This document shows, piece after piece, positions 63,950 through 64,000 of a DNA stretch of 64,000 bases. The DNA comes from an uncultured delta proteobacterium (GTDB lineage: Bacteria; Desulfobacterota; Binatia; UBA9968), in NCBI GenBank assembly GCA_963755715.1, contig CAVWLW010000003.1, positions 64,001 through 128,000 on the forward strand. Direction: 5' to 3'. The translations under genes were made by a program, and so were the position numbers. Each line of letters opens with the position of its first letter. The first letter of the stretch is position 1. The notes below the pieces were generated by a model. The model was given only the letters and a program-made list of their open reading frames with translations. It had not been told where the DNA came from and did not search any database.

Positions 63950-64000
63950 ATTCATCTCGGTTGACCGAGATTTCCAATCACTCCGTTGATCGTCTGATTT

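Overview
A 64-kb GC-rich bacterial window. Gene content and intergenic repeat style suggest a Binatota/Candidatus Binatia-like deltaproteobacterial MAG (inference). About 22 genes are broken by single-base indels that look like long-read consensus errors, so I rebuilt genes across frames. Left to right: (1) glycogen operon malQ-glgB-glgA-glgC (minus). (2) Selenocysteine operon selA-selB-selD; selD carries an in-frame UGA and a candidate SECIS that the ORF track misses. (3) A divergent 121-aa Cys/His protein, then one hydantoinase/oxoprolinase A subunit and two B subunits with an HxxH metal motif. (4) Five tandem NMT1/SsuA-type binding proteins around an MBL hydrolase. (5) An alternating array of four Rieske oxygenase-like genes and three Fe3+/thiamine-type binding proteins with one permease and no reductase or ATPase; the fourth Rieske protein lacks the catalytic iron motif. 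(6) Dehydrogenase, CMD, GT87, orphan carboxyltransferase, LLM monooxygenase and two MFS genes. (7) A lower-GC patch with small orphans and gene stumps. (8) An Rrf2 regulator with an operator-like palindrome ahead of an unknown ORF and sulfate ABC genes, followed by amidohydrolase, CmcJ-like, FMN reductase and MBL genes. Intergenic DNA holds REP doublets, MITE-like elements (one four-layer nest) and 7-9-mer arrays, one of them translated in frame inside a signal peptide. No tRNA, rRNA, CRISPR array or intact transposase was seen.
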